Source: Acidimicrobiia bacterium (GTDB lineage: Bacteria > Actinomycetota > Acidimicrobiia > IMCC26256 > PALSA-610). From it: a stretch of 64,000 nucleotides of DNA. Of this stretch, positions 61,693 through 64,000 are shown in pieces (position 1 is the first letter of the stretch; each line of letters starts with the position of its first letter). Under the pieces are notes generated by a model. It saw only the letters and a program-made list of their open reading frames with translations. It was not told the DNA's origin and searched no databases. The position numbers and the translations under genes were made by a program. The DNA lies in assembly GCA_038240075.1 (NCBI GenBank), contig JBBSEC010000006.1, forward strand, positions 70 to 64,069. Direction: 5' to 3'.

Positions 61693-62534
61693 CCGACACG
61701 CACGAGCACGTCGCACCGACCACGCCGCTGACACCGGCCGCGCTCTCGTGGCTGCGGATGCGTGCGATCGCGCGCCGTCACGCCTACGTGATGATTCGCA
61801 GCCCGCACCGGCTCTTCGACGTGAGCCTGTGGCCGCTCGTCGACGTCCTCCTGTTCGGATCACTCGGCGCCTACGTCGGCACGACGCAGGCATCGGGTTC
61901 GCAGCGGGCCGCCGCGTACCTCACCGCCGGCATCATCCTCTGGCACGTCGTCTACCAGTCGCAGATCGCGCTCAGCACCGGGCTGCTCGAGGAGACCTGG
62001 ACACGGAACCTCTTGAACCTCATGGTCACGCCGTTGACCGAGCTCGAGTACGTCGGTGGTGTCGCGCTGTTCGGCATGGTGAAGCTGGTGCTCGGTATCT
62101 CGGTGATGGTGATCGCCGCGTTCGCGTTCTTCAGCTTCCACGCGTGGTCGCTCGGTGTCGGGCTCATCCCGATCGCGGCCGTCCTCCTCGTGGTCGGCTG
62201 GGCCATCTCGTTGTTCGTGATGGGCATCGTGCTGCGGTTCGGCACCGGGGCCGAAGCGCTGGCGTGGGGGATCATGTTCGTCGTGATGCCGCTGTCGGGC
62301 GTCTTCTACCCGGTGAGCGCGCTGCCGGCGTTTCTCCACCCCCTCGCACTCGCCTTGCCGACCACGCACGCGTTCATCGCGCTGCGCGGCATCGTCGACG
62401 GCCACCCGCTCGACACGGGCCAGCTGCTGCTCGCCGCGGTGAGCGCGGTGGTGCTGCTCGTCCTCGGTTTCGCGTTCCTCACCAAGATGCTCAAAGTGTT
62501 TCGCCAGCGCGGCCTGATCACTCGCTACAGCTGA
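61689..62534 (+). CDS. ABC-2-type transporter permease
   Basis: ATGA overlap with the ATPase gene. Six TM helices, ABC-2 membrane domain pattern. Confidence 0.85.
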   Translation: MTDTHEHVAPTTPLTPAALSWLRMRAIARRHAYVMIRSPHRLFDVSLWPLVDVLLFGSLGAYVGTTQASGSQRAAAYLTAGIILWHVVYQSQIALSTGLLEETWTRNLLNLMVTPLTELEYVGGVALFGMVKLVLGISVMVIAAFAFFSFHAWSLGVGLIPIAAVLLVVGWAISLFVMGIVLRFGTGAEALAWGIMFVVMPLSGVFYPVSALPAFLHPLALALPTTHAFIALRGIVDGHPLDTGQLLLAAVSAVVLLVLGFAFLTKMLKVFRQRGLITRYS

Positions 62535-62551
62535 GACGATCGCGCGCACGC

Positions 62552-63331
62552 TCAGTCGAGGTCGATGATCAAGGGCGCGTGGTCCGACGGCAGTGTGCCC
62601 TTGCGCGCGTTGCGGTCGACGACCGCCCACGTCACCCGGTCGGCGACCGGCGTGGTCGCGAGGGCGAGATCGATGCGCATCCCGCGGTGCTCGTGGAAGT
62701 CGCCCCGCCGGTAGTCCCAGTAGGTGTACAGGCGGTCCTGGTCGGGATACATCTTGCGGAACGTGTCGTGCAGACCCCAGTCCTCGAGCGCGGCGACGGC
62801 CTTGCGTTCGGCGTCGGTGACGTGCGTCGAGCCTGTGAACGCGGTGATGTCCCAGACGTCCCGGTCGTCGGGCGCGACGTTGTAGTCGCCGAGCACCACG
62901 AGTGACTCGGCGGGATCGTGTGACTGTTCCAACCACTCGCGCAGCACCGCGAACCACTGGAGCTTGCGGTCGTAGAAGTCGGTGCCGACCTCGCGCCCGT
63001 TCGGGCAGTAGACCGACGAGAAGGAGACGCCATCGCACGCGGCGGTGATGAGCCGGCCGTCGGACTCGTACGGGTCGACGTGCGCGTCGCCGAAGCCGTA
63101 GCTCACGTCGCTGATGCCAACGCGTGACAACACGGCAACGCCGTTCCACTGGCCGTTCCCGAAGTGCACCGACTCGTAGCCGAGCCCGGAGAACGTGAGG
63201 CTGGGAAACGCCTTGTCGCTCAGCTTCGTCTCCTGCAGGCAGAGCACGTCGACGTCGGCGTAGTCGAGGAACTCCTCGACGCGCGGCAGCCGGGCCTTCA
63301 ACGAGTTGACGTTCCAGGTTGCGAACCTCAT
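62552..63331 (-). CDS. xthA: Exodeoxyribonuclease III
   Basis: MRFATWNVNSL, LCLQETK, GDYNVAP, SDHAPL. 259 aa from ATG 63331. Confidence 0.9.
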   Translation of the reverse strand: MRFATWNVNSLKARLPRVEEFLDYADVDVLCLQETKLSDKAFPSLTFSGLGYESVHFGNGQWNGVAVLSRVGISDVSYGFGDAHVDPYESDGRLITAACDGVSFSSVYCPNGREVGTDFYDRKLQWFAVLREWLEQSHDPAESLVVLGDYNVAPDDRDVWDITAFTGSTHVTDAERKAVAALEDWGLHDTFRKMYPDQDRLYTYWDYRRGDFHEHRGMRIDLALATTPVADRVTWAVVDRNARKGTLPSDHAPLIIDLD

Positions 63332-63714
63332 GGTTCGGAAGGCTCCTCTCGGATGTAGCCGGGATGCACGATGTCGAGCTGCAGTCGCAGTGTCGCACGC
63401 AGGTAGGCAACGAGCTCGGGTCGGCGGTTGTCGAGCGATCCGTCGCGTACGCGTCGGGCGAGATCGACGTCGAGCTCCCGCGTCGTCGCGTCCGCGCGCG
63501 CATCGGCGCCGAGCAGCTCGCGCAACCCTGCGGCGCGCAGCGCGTCGAGCTCCGGTCCGAGCTCCATCTCGCGGCGGACGATCCGCAGTGCGTTCACCGC
63601 GACGCGAGTGTGGAACGCGAGGCGGCCCTCGATCGACGGTTGGAGGTCGTGCTCGAGGAACTCGGTGACCGCATCGACGAGCTCCGCGGCCGTCGGACGA
63701 TCGTGCATCACCAT
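63328..63714 (-). CDS. Small helical protein resembling DUF6285 (partner of actinobacterial phosphotransferase genes)
   Basis: DRPTAAELVDAVTEFLEHDL... helical protein. Its start overlaps the upstream phosphotransferase stop, and its stop overlaps the xthA start (ATGA). Confidence 0.55.
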   Translation of the reverse strand: MVMHDRPTAAELVDAVTEFLEHDLQPSIEGRLAFHTRVAVNALRIVRREMELGPELDALRAAGLRELLGADARADATTRELDVDLARRVRDGSLDNRRPELVAYLRATLRLQLDIVHPGYIREEPSEP

Positions 63715-64000
63715 CTCCCGTCGAGCGTGGCCCGTTCGATTGCGGCTGGTTCGATTGCGTCGAGCAGATCCCATTCCATCTCCACGACCCTGCGCCCGAG
63801 GGTCGCGAGCTCGACCGAGCGCACCGCGCCCTGGAGGTGCGCAAACGTCTGCAGGATCGTCATCGCGCCCCACTTCAGCGTGCCGAACGTCATCCAGAAG
63901 TGCACGACGCTGCGGTCGGGCGGCTCTCCGCCCGCCGCGCGGTATCCGTCGAGGAGCTCGTCGAGGCGTCCGAACCCGCCGACGACGAGGTCGTCGACCC
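63708..64000 (-). CDS. Phosphotransferase (APH-like kinase fold) family protein, C-terminal fragment (5' end outside window)
   Basis: The frame is open to the window edge. C-terminal VHFWMTFGTLKWGAMTILQTFAHLQG...ELATLGRRVVEMEWDLL resembles acyl-CoA-dehydrogenase-associated phosphotransferases. Confidence 0.65.
   Translation of the reverse strand, partial: VDDLVVGGFGRLDELLDGYRAAGGEPPDRSVVHFWMTFGTLKWGAMTILQTFAHLQGAVRSVELATLGRRVVEMEWDLLDAIEPAAIERATLDGRW

Noticed and set aside
1-64000. CRISPR arrays, tRNA/rRNA genes, transposases, integrases, prophage or obvious defence/toxin-antitoxin cassettes.
   Set aside because: The only direct repeats are short (2-3 units) with no unique spacers. I saw no T-loop/acceptor-like or rRNA-like segments. 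No recombinase-like ORF is present. The HNH/DUF222 genes have no flanking inverted or direct repeats that would mark a mobile unit.

Overview
Very GC-rich, densely coding chromosomal segment that looks actinobacterial: it carries mycothiol S-conjugate amidase mca, error-prone polymerase dnaE2, DUF222/HNH 13E12-type paralogs behind actinobacterial-type LexA boxes, LLM/F420-type oxidoreductases and a WS/DGAT. I call about 60 CDS and one decayed paralog (pseudogene). I see no rRNA, tRNA, CRISPR array, transposase or integrase. Gene order: dnaE2 (5' end outside the window); a split MgtE-like channel plus PhoU/TrkA-C regulator; an envelope-sugar cluster (large membrane protein, LpxA-like acyltransferase, GT4, DegT aminotransferase, Gfo/Idh/MocA oxidoreductase); a PQQ-dehydrogenase/PKD lipoprotein; rhomboid; P-type ATPase; VanW; Rv1264-like adenylate cyclase; mca; thiolase; quinone oxidoreductase; an SOS-boxed HNH gene; a small ORF plus sulfotransferase pair; prs; a pentapeptide protein; a nuclease-PAP2-DsbA-WS/DGAT string; a Tet(M)/OtrA-like ribosomal protection GTPase; acyl-CoA/lipid metabolism genes; two ABC-2 exporters; etfBA; an acyltransferase-3/SGNH protein; xthA. 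Most of this is ordinary housekeeping. Six things deserve a second look: (1) an LpxA plus GnnA/GnnB-like cassette in an apparent mycothiol-using monoderm; (2) LexA operators in front of both an intact and a decayed HNH paralog; (3) a recurring TANNNT-N6-8-start-codon (leaderless) layout at 14 genes; (4) a small family of TTTGTTCGG...CCGAACAAA hairpins; (5) tandem repeats in two spacers; (6) a leader with uORF, hairpin and palindrome in front of the ribosomal protection gene. I did not find a convincing self-contained novel multi-gene system (defence, toxin-antitoxin, RiPP etc.). Everything here comes from reading the sequence and remembered family motifs; no searches or computations were run.
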